Assembly (NCBI GenBank): GCA_964462335.1
Contig: CAYWYG010000001.1
Coordinates: forward strand, 9,903-73,902
DNA length: 64,000 nucleotides
Reading direction: 5' to 3'
From: an uncultured Candidatus Saccharibacteria bacterium
GTDB taxonomy: Bacteria; Patescibacteriota; Saccharimonadia; Saccharimonadales; Saccharimonadaceae
Part shown: piece by piece, positions 18,819 through 26,912 of the stretch
Numbering within the stretch: the first letter of the stretch is position 1
How the letters are laid out: every line of letters starts with the position of its first letter
Position numbers and translations under genes: made by a program
Notes under the pieces: generated by a model
Seen by the model: the letters and a program-made list of their open reading frames with translations, nothing else
Told to the model about the DNA's origin: nothing
Databases searched by the model: none

Positions 18819-18848
18819 AAAACTCCGTACAGGCTGCGGAGTTTTGAT
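18819..18848 (+). terminator. intrinsic terminator after rplA
   Basis: AAAACTCCG - TACAGGCTG - CGGAGTTTT, followed by GAT. Confidence 0.65.
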
Positions 18849-18882
18849 ATGATAGATATATCAAACATGATCGGAGCACACG

Positions 18883-18999
18883 ATGCAACCAGACGAGATA
18901 AACAACGCGCCAGCTGACGCCGACGGTTACTACGGCGACGAAGACGGCGATAGCGAAGTCGACCTCAGCTTCCTCGATGATGACACCAGCGAAGAGTAG
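18883..18999 (+). CDS. possible 38-aa highly acidic peptide
   Basis: MQPDEINNAPADADGYYGDEDGDSEVDLSFLDDDTSEE, with GGAG 8 nt upstream. Too short for the ORF track. Confidence 0.25.
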   Translation: MQPDEINNAPADADGYYGDEDGDSEVDLSFLDDDTSEE

Positions 19000-19006
19000 A
19001 GGCGGT

Positions 19007-20191
19007 ATGAAGCGCTTGAAGATTGGGGTGGTCGTGCCCCATATTTTCATGCACCGCGATATTTTACCTCGAGTCATTTTTTCACCAGGACACCTCGCGG
19101 TCGATCTCGTCAACGGGCTACACGCTCTCGGGCATGACGTGACGTTATTTTCACCAGGACCAGTTGAGGTAACGTGCCGCAATATCACAGCAGACCTCAC
19201 GTTATTTCAGGCAGAGCTAGACCGTCGTGGCGACACTTATGTTGACTTACTGCGTAAACACCCGATGACATTTGTCACGCTCGCTCGCCAAGTCCAATCT
19301 GAGTTGATCGCCCACGCATACAAGATGGCAAATGACGGTCAGCTCGATATCATCCATATGTATACCAACGAAGAAGAAATCGGCTACACGTTTGCGCGTC
19401 TCTGTCGCAAGCCAGTGGTATTTACTCATCACGACCCATTCAATTTTCTCGTACGCTACAAATCGATTATGTCGCGGTACAAAGACCTCAACTGGATCAG
19501 CATTAGCTACGCCCAGCGTGCCAGTATGCCGCCCGATACCCACTGGGTCGGCAACGTCTATCATGGACTCAATGAGCCGAAACTCACCCCTGTTGAGTAC
19601 CCATCCCGAGATTATTTCGCCTATATCGGCCGCATCATCCAGCCCAAAGGTGTTCACCTCGCTATCGCCGCTGTCAAGAAATATAACGAGACCGCCGACA
19701 CACCGCTCCGGCTGAAAATCGCCGGCAAGCACTATAGCGAAGAAGGCAATGATAATTACTGGCGCACCGTCATCGAACCCGAACTATGCGACATGATAGA
19801 GTACGTCGGTTTTATCGACACACCCGAAGCTAAACGCAATTTCCTCGGCAACGCCCGCGCACTGCTCGTCCCATCGCTCTTTGACGAGCCGTTTGGTATG
19901 GTCACGCTCGAAGCTTTCGCCTGCGCTACGCCCGTCGTCGCCCTCGACTCCGGCGCATTGCCCGAAGTCATAGACAGTGGCGTGACAGGCTACATTGTGC
20001 AAAAGTGCAACGATGAAGCTACAACTATTGATGGTATGTCACGCGCATTGCACGACGGTGCTGCTTTAAATCCTGCGGCATGTCGGCGGGTATGTGAAGA
20101 AGACTATTCTACCGATAATATGGTCGCCAACTATGAGCAAATCTACTATACAATTACTAAGTCAGTTTTGATCCGCGGGTGTGATTGGTAG
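19007..20191 (+). CDS. glycosyltransferase family 4 (GT-B fold)
   Basis: The track ORF was shortened to MKRLKIGVVVP, which follows GAGG. C-terminal EPFGMVTLEAFACATPVVA is the E-x7-E region typical of GT4. Confidence 0.75.
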   Translation: MKRLKIGVVVPHIFMHRDILPRVIFSPGHLAVDLVNGLHALGHDVTLFSPGPVEVTCRNITADLTLFQAELDRRGDTYVDLLRKHPMTFVTLARQVQSELIAHAYKMANDGQLDIIHMYTNEEEIGYTFARLCRKPVVFTHHDPFNFLVRYKSIMSRYKDLNWISISYAQRASMPPDTHWVGNVYHGLNEPKLTPVEYPSRDYFAYIGRIIQPKGVHLAIAAVKKYNETADTPLRLKIAGKHYSEEGNDNYWRTVIEPELCDMIEYVGFIDTPEAKRNFLGNARALLVPSLFDEPFGMVTLEAFACATPVVALDSGALPEVIDSGVTGYIVQKCNDEATTIDGMSRALHDGAALNPAACRRVCEEDYSTDNMVANYEQIYYTITKSVLIRGCDW

Positions 20192-20961
20192 TTTTCGAGC
20201 ACAAAATGTTCTTCACGAAAGTCGTCGATGTTTTTGACATCACCAATTATCTTGAGCCGCGGAAGAGGGTAGGGGGTACGGGTGATTTGCTCGCGCGCGA
20301 CGTCAACGTGGTTTTTGTAAAGGTGAGCTGAGCCGGCTGAGATGATCAACTCGCGCGCTTCGAGACCAGTGATATGCGCCACCATATGCAGTAGCATGGC
20401 GTACTGCGCGATATTAAACGGTGCACCGAGGAAGACATCCCAGCTGCGCTGATAGAGATGGAGCCGTAATTTACCTTTGGTCACGTCAAATTGAAACATC
20501 GTGTGACACGGCGGCAAGCGCATCTCATCGAGCTCGCCGGCATTCCAGGCGCTCACGATGATCGCTTTGCTGTCGGGATTGGTGCGGATCTGCTCGATCG
20601 CCCATGCAAGCTGATCAAACTCTGTGCCGTCTGGCCGCTGCCAGTGACGCCATTGCACGCCGTAGACACGACCGAGATCAGTCTTCCCCTCGTGCAAAAA
20701 TCCATCCCAGTAGTGTATCTTGTGCTCATGCAGATAGCCGACTTCTGAACTACCAGATATGAACCATAGGAGTTCATGGAGCAATATCTTGAACGGCATT
20801 TTTTTGGTCGTCAGCAATGGGAAGCCATAGCGCATATCAAACCGTAACTGCGCGCCAAAGATACTCGTAATATCGTGGATGCCGCGTGTTTTTTTCGTCT
20901 TGCCTTCATCGATGATGCGTTGCATGAGCTCGAGGTACTGGTATTCTGGGTGTCGTTTCAT
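20146..20961 (-). CDS. thyA: thymidylate synthase (ThyA)
   Basis: 271 aa with LPPCHTMFQF and SWDVFLGAPFNIAQYA. Confidence 0.95.
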   Translation of the reverse strand: MKRHPEYQYLELMQRIIDEGKTKKTRGIHDITSIFGAQLRFDMRYGFPLLTTKKMPFKILLHELLWFISGSSEVGYLHEHKIHYWDGFLHEGKTDLGRVYGVQWRHWQRPDGTEFDQLAWAIEQIRTNPDSKAIIVSAWNAGELDEMRLPPCHTMFQFDVTKGKLRLHLYQRSWDVFLGAPFNIAQYAMLLHMVAHITGLEARELIISAGSAHLYKNHVDVAREQITRTPYPLPRLKIIGDVKNIDDFREEHFVLENYQSHPRIKTDLVIV

Positions 20962-21380
20962 CGCTCCTCCTTGAGATGGTGAGTCGCGATCCCTGCGCCA
21001 TGCAATATATCAAGCGAAGCCTTGTCCCACCACTCGTAGAGATACACAAGGTTCGTTATACCTGACGTCGCAATACGTGTCGCGCAGGCGAGGCAGGGCG
21101 ACATAGTAACAAATAGTGTCGAACCGGCTACGTCGATAGCATTTGTCTGTGCCGCCGTCAGCGCCGCAATCTCCGCATGAATTACCTCTGGTCGCGTTAC
21201 CAATTTTCCATCCACGACATACTCCATCGGCTCACCAGTCGGGTTATAATTGATGCCACTTGATATGATCGCATCGTTTTTAATCACGAAGCAGGCAACA
21301 CCACCTAGCTGGGCCTGTGATACTCTCGCAAGTTTCTTAAGCGGCTTGAGAAACTGGTAGCAGGTAGGTATATCACGCAT
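20958..21380 (-). CDS. dCMP deaminase (ComEB/cytidine-deoxycytidylate deaminase family)
   Basis: HAEIAAL ... PCLACA zinc motifs. The start is uncertain: 21380, 21392 or 21446. Confidence 0.85.
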   Translation of the reverse strand: MRDIPTCYQFLKPLKKLARVSQAQLGGVACFVIKNDAIISSGINYNPTGEPMEYVVDGKLVTRPEVIHAEIAALTAAQTNAIDVAGSTLFVTMSPCLACATRIATSGITNLVYLYEWWDKASLDILHGAGIATHHLKEER

Positions 21381-21918
21381 ACTTTTGTCCATAGCGTTTG
21401 GCGAGTTTGCGCAATTTGTCAGATTGCGAACGATATCTTTCGGCATTTTCGTAAGGCGTGCTCGAAAGTACTTTGTAATGCCAAGTACTTAGGTCTGGAC
21501 TATCAAATGGAATGCAGTGAAAATGCAAATGCTCGACTGTGCTCTGTGCCGTGACGCCGTCTTTCTGGACGATCTGCATGCCTTTGACGCCATGGACTTC
21601 TCGGATCATTTTCTTGGCAATATAGAACATCTTGCGCATCGTCTCCCACTCGTTCGGCGTTAATTCTTTGACCGACCGCACATGGCGACGGGGAATCACC
21701 AGCAGATGCCCATCGACGTAGGCATACGCTGGTACGGTCATATAGACGTCGTTTTCGACGTAGACCTCGTGATGACCCTCGGCCGTATCATGATCGCAAA
21801 ACACACAGCGTCCCACCGTCTGCCATATTTGGTCGTATGCGCCCGTGGTACGCGCAACGCGGTATGCCTCTTCCTGATCTAACTGCTGCTTCGTCAATCT
21901 TCCTTCTTCATTCATCAT
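21373..21918 (-). CDS. HIT family protein
   Basis: Histidine triad VEHLHFHCIP. 181 aa. Confidence 0.8.
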   Translation of the reverse strand: MMNEEGRLTKQQLDQEEAYRVARTTGAYDQIWQTVGRCVFCDHDTAEGHHEVYVENDVYMTVPAYAYVDGHLLVIPRRHVRSVKELTPNEWETMRKMFYIAKKMIREVHGVKGMQIVQKDGVTAQSTVEHLHFHCIPFDSPDLSTWHYKVLSSTPYENAERYRSQSDKLRKLAKRYGQKYA

Positions 21919-21926
21919 TCTTCTTT

Positions 21927-22487
21927 CTATTTTTCTTTAAGCGGTTCCTTGCGGTACTGCATGAAATCTTTGAGCACATCACTGAGGTGTCCACCGATCG
22001 CACGCTGCAATATCTGAGTCGTCGAGATGCTTGTCGACTGACGGTCAACCACAATCACTTCACCGCCATATTTGGTGACGGTTGCGTACTCTTTGGACGA
22101 TTTGTAGTCGGCCGTCCAATCTTCTTTGACCGTGACATAGGTATCAGGGCGAAGCAGACCAAGTGTCGGTACGCAGCTCGGTTCGGGCAGGATCGTCACA
22201 AAATCGACCGAGCGCAAAAACGTCAGCATCTCGGCACGGATCTTTTCATCAAGTATCGGCTTGTTCGGACCCTTGACGCTGCGGATGGCGGCATTACTGC
22301 TTACGCCGACGACAAGCACATCACCATATGCCCTCGCTTTTTCTAAGTAGCGGCACTGACCCGCGTGGATGAGGTCCCAACTTCCGGCAGTAAATACGAC
22401 TTTTTTGCCTTTGTCTTGCAGCTTTTCATGCAGCGTCAATAGATCACTCTGTGAGATCAGCCGCTTCCGCCACTCGTTACTCCCCAT
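21927..22487 (-). CDS. cytidylyl/adenylyltransferase family protein (RfaE domain II / TagD-like)
   Basis: VVFTAGSWDLIHAGQCRYLEKARAYGDVLVVGVSSNAAIRSVKG. Shortened to Met44, which follows GGGAG. Confidence 0.7.
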   Translation of the reverse strand: MGSNEWRKRLISQSDLLTLHEKLQDKGKKVVFTAGSWDLIHAGQCRYLEKARAYGDVLVVGVSSNAAIRSVKGPNKPILDEKIRAEMLTFLRSVDFVTILPEPSCVPTLGLLRPDTYVTVKEDWTADYKSSKEYATVTKYGGEVIVVDRQSTSISTTQILQRAIGGHLSDVLKDFMQYRKEPLKEK

Positions 22488-22509
22488 ATCTATCTCCCGT
22501 TTATCCCTA

Positions 22510-23487
22510 TTATTGTAGCATCTGTCGCTGCACGAGTATATCTCTCGTCCGCACAAAATGGTGGTTTTTTTGCAACGATTCATAGGGGTTGTCGCGGAGA
22601 AACTTATAGAAATCATAGAGCAAAAATACGCTGATTAGCTGATCAACCCATTCCTGACGCAGAGAACCAGCCTGACCGCGTTTGTAGTAACCTGAATCAA
22701 TAAAATATTTGATGATCTTGTCGGGCGGCTTGACGCTATCAACGAGTAAAAAGGCAAGTGTCCGTGCGATGTCAAACTCTCTCGGCCCACAGGCGGCCTT
22801 TTCGAGATCGAGTATGCCGCTCAGCTCCAAGGTGCCGAGCCGATATCGTCCGTTTCTCGCCGGCCGAAAAAGGACATTACCCCTGACAAAATCCATGTGG
22901 AGTGCACAGGTCGGTAGATCAGGGTGGTCTACCACAGCGGCATCACACCAAGTAAACACATGGTCGCGACAGCTCAGCTTGAGTTTATCAGCCATCGCCA
23001 ACGCGACATCGTGACGTCGAAAATACTGCCGCATCGTCATCACGATGGTCTGATATTCGATCCGCACATCTGGCAGTCGCTCAGGGTAATCGACGAGTGC
23101 GCGATGTATATCACCGAGCGCCCAGCCGAGCAGCTTGAGGTGTTTCATGCTATACATCTCCCACGCAATCGTCTCGCCGGGCAGATGATGATAGAGACAA
23201 CCGTAGCGCGTGACAGTCTGGCTCTGTAGTTGCACGATCCGTTCATCTGCTGGCACCCGCACCGGCATGCCGCAATCATGGAGGTATCGCCCCATCACAT
23301 TGACACGATGGATGAGGTCTACAATTCTGGGCTCGTGTTTATACAGTATGAGATTGCATAGACCTTGGTTAGTTTCGACGATATGGCTGACGTTACGATA
23401 GCCAGATATAACCGTGACGAGGCTGCGAAAGTCTAGCCCATACGACATGATCACGCGTCGCAAGAGCGGTTCAGCCAGCACCTTCAT
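22510..23487 (-). CDS. aminoglycoside/choline-kinase-type phosphotransferase family protein
   Basis: Catalytic loop LHMDFVRGNVLF (HxDxxxxN). 325 aa. Confidence 0.7.
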   Translation of the reverse strand: MKVLAEPLLRRVIMSYGLDFRSLVTVISGYRNVSHIVETNQGLCNLILYKHEPRIVDLIHRVNVMGRYLHDCGMPVRVPADERIVQLQSQTVTRYGCLYHHLPGETIAWEMYSMKHLKLLGWALGDIHRALVDYPERLPDVRIEYQTIVMTMRQYFRRHDVALAMADKLKLSCRDHVFTWCDAAVVDHPDLPTCALHMDFVRGNVLFRPARNGRYRLGTLELSGILDLEKAACGPREFDIARTLAFLLVDSVKPPDKIIKYFIDSGYYKRGQAGSLRQEWVDQLISVFLLYDFYKFLRDNPYESLQKNHHFVRTRDILVQRQMLQ

Positions 23488-23966
23488 GCGCGCTCGTACG
23501 TCACAAAATCATAATCGTACTGGTTGCGATCGTCTTTTTTGTGCGGCTCACGGGCGATTTCACGCCATTCGGGCCCGATGACAGGGAAGTGCACATCCCC
23601 ATTGATCGTCGCTTTCACCTCGGTGACGTACAGCCGATCCGCCATATCAAGCATCTGACGATAGATCTCGGCTCCTCCGATGACAAATATATCGTCGCCA
23701 AGTGATCGTATGTCGGTGATATTATGGATAACCCGTACTCCCTCAACGGCAAAACTAGTATCGTGTGTCATCACGACGTTGGTACGGTGAGGCAAAGGGT
23801 GCCGGATCCTGCCTACGATAGAGTCATAGGTCTTGCGCCCCATCACTACTGTATGACCAATTGTCAGCTCTTTGAAATGCGTGAGATCTGCCGGCAGGTA
23901 CCAGGGTAGATCATTGCGTGAACCGATGACGTCGTTGTCACTTTTGGCGACGATGAGAGAAATCAT
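23484..23966 (-). CDS. folA: dihydrofolate reductase
   Basis: MISLIVAKSDNDVIGSRNDLPWYLPADLTHFKELT...VMGRKTYDSI. Confidence 0.9.
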   Translation of the reverse strand: MISLIVAKSDNDVIGSRNDLPWYLPADLTHFKELTIGHTVVMGRKTYDSIVGRIRHPLPHRTNVVMTHDTSFAVEGVRVIHNITDIRSLGDDIFVIGGAEIYRQMLDMADRLYVTEVKATINGDVHFPVIGPEWREIAREPHKKDDRNQYDYDFVTYERA

Positions 23967-23975
23967 ATAGTGATT

Positions 23976-24836
23976 TTAGCTTGCCAAGCGATGAAGCGCA
24001 AAGTAGGTGGTCTCAGCCGGTAACACGACAGGACTGATCACATCTCCTTTGCTTTCACGAAAAGCAACAATTCTTGGCTCCACAACTACTTTTCCTGCAA
24101 CCGTATGAAGAGCTTTCCTCGATGTATCATCTCCTGCAGAGATAGCTTGATCAATTAATGCGTTCTCATAGGCCTCTAACCCGTCAGAATCGATGGCAAA
24201 GAACGAAGATTTTACGATTTCTATTTTTCTCTTCCGCTCACCATCTGAAGCAACCACATCTGCAACCGGTCTATGCCGACGAGCAATTAGACTTCCTTGT
24301 TCGGTAGTGTCATGATCGGCACGCATAAATTTGTATCCTGTACGAGGATCAAATGGAGGATATAACTCAACTAACTGTAGGCCTGTGCCACCAAACTGTC
24401 GTGGCAAATACCTAGCCTTCTTGTCGATATCGAGACTTCCCCACAACCCATTTTGCGTTTCGTGTCCAAGCTCTACAGCGACTTCCCCCACCGTGTCTCC
24501 ATACAATGTCACTTCATCACCTATTTGAGTAGAGAGATCATGAGCAAACACGTGTATGCTGTCGCGTAATAATTTCGAAGGTGTAGTCGGCTCGTCAAAA
24601 AACGCTCTGCGACCTGCTATTCGTAAATATCGTTCATGATGCGCATGTCGGCGCTCTCGTGACTCGGCGACAGCCAAAGCTATACCATGTGCGACGTCAC
24701 TTTGTCGGTCACGATCAACATGTCCTACATGCGGCAGTATTGAGCGCGTAATATATTCGGGACGCAATACATGAGTATAGCGACCTTCATGGTCACTATG
24801 GGCAATATTCGGTATTCTATTCTGAGTCTGAGACAT
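23976..24836 (-). CDS. hypothetical protein, first gene of the thymidylate operon
   Basis: 286-aa ORF lying 9 nt upstream of folA. No motif recognised. Confidence 0.55.
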   Translation of the reverse strand: MSQTQNRIPNIAHSDHEGRYTHVLRPEYITRSILPHVGHVDRDRQSDVAHGIALAVAESRERRHAHHERYLRIAGRRAFFDEPTTPSKLLRDSIHVFAHDLSTQIGDEVTLYGDTVGEVAVELGHETQNGLWGSLDIDKKARYLPRQFGGTGLQLVELYPPFDPRTGYKFMRADHDTTEQGSLIARRHRPVADVVASDGERKRKIEIVKSSFFAIDSDGLEAYENALIDQAISAGDDTSRKALHTVAGKVVVEPRIVAFRESKGDVISPVVLPAETTYFALHRLAS

Positions 24837-24923
24837 ATTTATGTTTATTATAACATAAATATATTTACTTGTGAATAGTTATATGCTATCGTAAGATTAG
24901 GCTCGATCTAGAAAGGAATCCAT

Positions 24924-25106
24924 ATGGACAAGTTCGTGATGCACAAGGCATTCACGCCGGTCATATTCGCCGTCATGGCGGTTTTGACCTTCGCCACGTG
25001 TTACGGGGCGACCCGCAGCCTATGGCTATCGGTGATCCCTAGTGGCGCAGTCCTGGGAGTAGGGTACTGGATTTCCAGAACCCCTCCAAACAGCAATCGA
25101 AACTGA
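24924..25106 (+). CDS. 60-aa two-TM small membrane protein in a GC-rich islet
   Basis: AAAGGA lies 7 nt upstream. Third codon positions are GC-rich. Two strong hairpins follow. Confidence 0.45.
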   Translation: MDKFVMHKAFTPVIFAVMAVLTFATCYGATRSLWLSVIPSGAVLGVGYWISRTPPNSNRN

Positions 25107-25117
25107 TCACACGAGCC

Positions 25118-25157
25118 GGCCACGGACGGGAGCCAACGACGTCTCCCGTCCGTGGCC
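25118..25157 (+). terminator. 15-bp perfect GC-rich hairpin
   Basis: GGCCACGGACGGGAG - 10 nt - CTCCCGTCCGTGGCC. Confidence 0.45.
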
Positions 25158-25159
25158 CC

Positions 25160-25201
25160 AGGCGCAGCGCACTTCATCAGTGCCTGCGCCTCTTTTCTTT
25201 T
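25160..25201 (+). terminator. intrinsic terminator
   Basis: AGGCGCAG...CTGCGCCT with an inner GCACT/AGTGC stem, followed by CTTTTCTTTT. Confidence 0.6.
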
Positions 25202-25212
25202 CGAGATAATTA

Positions 25213-25418
25213 TGCTACAATGCAAAGCAGTCGTTACCGAAGACAGTAGCCGCCGATCGTACGAGACGCTTAATCTGCTACCGAGGCAACTGTTCCGCCA
25301 GCTGGCGGACTATGGTTTGCCCCTGTCGGTTGACAGGGATTTTTGTAACGCTAGCCCATTAACATCTCGGGAAGTATCTATATAACAACGCTAATACCGA
25401 CGAAGGAGCCACGTACTT
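25213..25418 (+). promoter_or_regulatory. rplJ promoter (TGCTACAAT) and structured L10-type leader with an attenuator hairpin
   Basis: Extended -10 element at 25213-25221. Palindrome CCGCCAGCTGGCGG at 25295-25308. CCCTGTC-GGTT-GACAGGG followed by ATTTTT at 25321-25345, about 75 nt before the ATG. Confidence 0.5.
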
Positions 25419-25943
25419 ATGGCAATTTCTCGTGACAAAAAACATGCGTTCGTAACAGATTTTCAGACGACACTGCAAACCGCTAAGATGACGGTCGCTG
25501 CCAAATATGACGGCACCAGCGTGGCCGATTTGCAACAACTTCGTCGTGATGCTCGTGCTGCCGGTGTGACGATCAAAGTTATCAAAAACCGACTCGTTCG
25601 TACCGCCATGCAGGGTACCAAAGGATTCGATGCAACCGATACGTCACTCCTGACTGGCCAACTCCTCTATGCCTCAAGTACTGAGGATGAAGTTGCGCCA
25701 GCACAGGTGATCGACACATTCGGTAAAACCGTTTCTACGGTTGAGCTCGTCGCTGGATTCGACAATACAGGCGCCGTTCTGGCAACCGCTGAGGTCAAAG
25801 CACTTGCTGGCCTCCCAAGCAAAAACCAGCTCATCGCCGAAGTCGTCGCACAGCTGCTCAGCCCAGTCCACGATGTTACCAATGCACTTTCTGGCAATTT
25901 GCACGCACTACTTGATGGTGTCGAGGCAAAAGCCGCATCATAA
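25419..25943 (+). CDS. rplJ: 50S ribosomal protein L10
   Basis: 174 aa, immediately upstream of rplL, with a typical L10 N-terminus. Confidence 0.95.
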   Translation: MAISRDKKHAFVTDFQTTLQTAKMTVAAKYDGTSVADLQQLRRDARAAGVTIKVIKNRLVRTAMQGTKGFDATDTSLLTGQLLYASSTEDEVAPAQVIDTFGKTVSTVELVAGFDNTGAVLATAEVKALAGLPSKNQLIAEVVAQLLSPVHDVTNALSGNLHALLDGVEAKAAS

Positions 25944-25946
25944 GGA

Positions 25947-25982
25947 TAGAAGAAGTTGGATTATGGATTTTAGATTTTAGAA
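25947..25982. repeat. family-A repeat arm (C-free GATTTTA/GGATTAT array)
   Basis: ATAGAAGAAGTTGGATTATGGATTTTAGATTTTAGAA contains no C. Related arms lie at 27437-27466 and 47386-47422. Confidence 0.6.
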
Positions 25983-26002
25983 CAATCACATAAATCACAT
26001 AG

Positions 26003-26043
26003 CCTTCTTCCAATATCCAAAATCTATAATCTAAAATCTACTA
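26003..26043. repeat. family-A repeat arm, complementary (G-free) version
   Basis: CCTTCTTCCAATATCCAAAATCTATAATCTAAAATCTACTA. CTAAAATCTA is complementary to TAGATTTTAG at 25970-25979. Confidence 0.6.
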
Positions 26044-26053
26044 GGAGATTATC

Positions 26054-26434
26054 ATGGCAGATGTCAAAAAACTGGCCGAAGAACTGACTAGTTTGACAGT
26101 TCTCGAAGTCAACGAACTTAAAAATGTCCTCAAAGAAGAATACGGTATCGAGCCTGCAGCTGCAGCTGTCGCTGTCGCGGGTCCTGCAGCCGGTGGTGAC
26201 GCTGCACCAGCAGAGGATGCTAAGACTGAATTTACCGTCACCCTCAAAGACGGTGGTTCACAAAAAGTTGCCGTCATCAAAGCCGTCAAAGACCTCACAG
26301 GTCTTGGCCTCGGTGAAGCAAAAGCGCTCGTCGACAACGCACCAAGCCCCATCAAAGAAAAAGTCAGCAAAGAAGACGCTGAAGCTGCGAAAAAAGCCCT
26401 CGAAGACGCAGGCGCAACCGTAGAACTCAGCTAA
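26054..26434 (+). CDS. rplL: 50S ribosomal protein L7/L12
   Basis: 126 aa with an Ala-rich hinge and [19 protein letters not shown]. Confidence 0.95.
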   Translation: MADVKKLAEELTSLTVLEVNELKNVLKEEYGIEPAAAAVAVAGPAAGGDAAPAEDAKTEFTVTLKDGGSQKVAVIKAVKDLTGLGLGEAKALVDNAPSPIKEKVSKEDAEAAKKALEDAGATVELS

Positions 26435-26440
26435 TACAAG

Positions 26441-26490
26441 GGACGGGCTCGCCCGTCCGGCATATGAAACTGAAGTAAATTCAGTTTCAT
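26441..26490 (+). terminator. two tandem hairpins after rplL
   Basis: GGACGGGC/GCCCGTCC, then ATGAAACTGAA-GTAAA-TTCAGTTTCAT. Confidence 0.55.
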
Positions 26491-26492
26491 AG

Positions 26493-26760
26493 CTCCCTCA
26501 CCCCTAAAGGCTGCGCTCACGCTTGCTATCGCCTTTAGACTCCAGGAGCAGTCATCAAAATTCCCGAGATGTTTGTCCAGACCCGTCACATGTTGTGGCG
26601 GGTTTTTGGTGGCATGAAACAGCGGGCTACGTCGAGGCACTATTTCCTGAAGGGCAGTTGGCCGTGACGGTCAGTCCCCCGCCAGGGCGAAGGCTCATCA
26701 GTTGGCAGCTGGGGACGATTGCCCTGAGGGAAATAGTGACTCGTCGAGCTCACTAAAATA
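26493..26760 (+). ncRNA. candidate structured RNA (unknown class) where rpoB would normally follow rplL
   Basis: Hairpin CTAAAGGC/GCCTTTAG. Intrinsic terminator CCCGTCAC-ATGTT-GTGGCGGG followed by TTTTT at 26582-26607. A roughly 115-nt imperfect long hairpin at 26631-26745. Confidence 0.3.
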
Positions 26761-26842
26761 CACGCTCCTACGGTCATCCGCAAGACCAAAATTTACAACG
26801 ATTTTAACGCGACCACATAAACTCGTGTGGAAAAGAATTTTC

Positions 26843-26871
26843 TTGACATTTTATACGCAACTTGATACGCT
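26843..26871 (+). promoter_or_regulatory. sigma70-like promoter TTGACA-17-TACGCT
   Basis: Consensus -35 element, 17-nt spacer, about 40 nt upstream of ORF 26913. Confidence 0.4.
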
Positions 26872-26912
26872 CAAGGTAATCACCAACCAAAAACAGACAA
26901 GGATGCGAGCTT

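Noticed and set aside
18793-19200. A 135-aa minus-strand ORF spanning the rplA-GT4 intergenic region.
   Set aside because: It overlaps the rplA terminator and the GT4 N-terminus, and it has no RBS and an odd composition.
26664-26712. SRP (4.5S) RNA domain IV resemblance (GGTCAG ... GCGA ... GGCAG) at the tip of the long hairpin.
   Set aside because: The conserved GGUCAGGUCCGGAAGGAAGCAGCC core could not be aligned convincingly, and the putative tetraloop is not properly closed. It is kept only as an unclassified structured RNA candidate.
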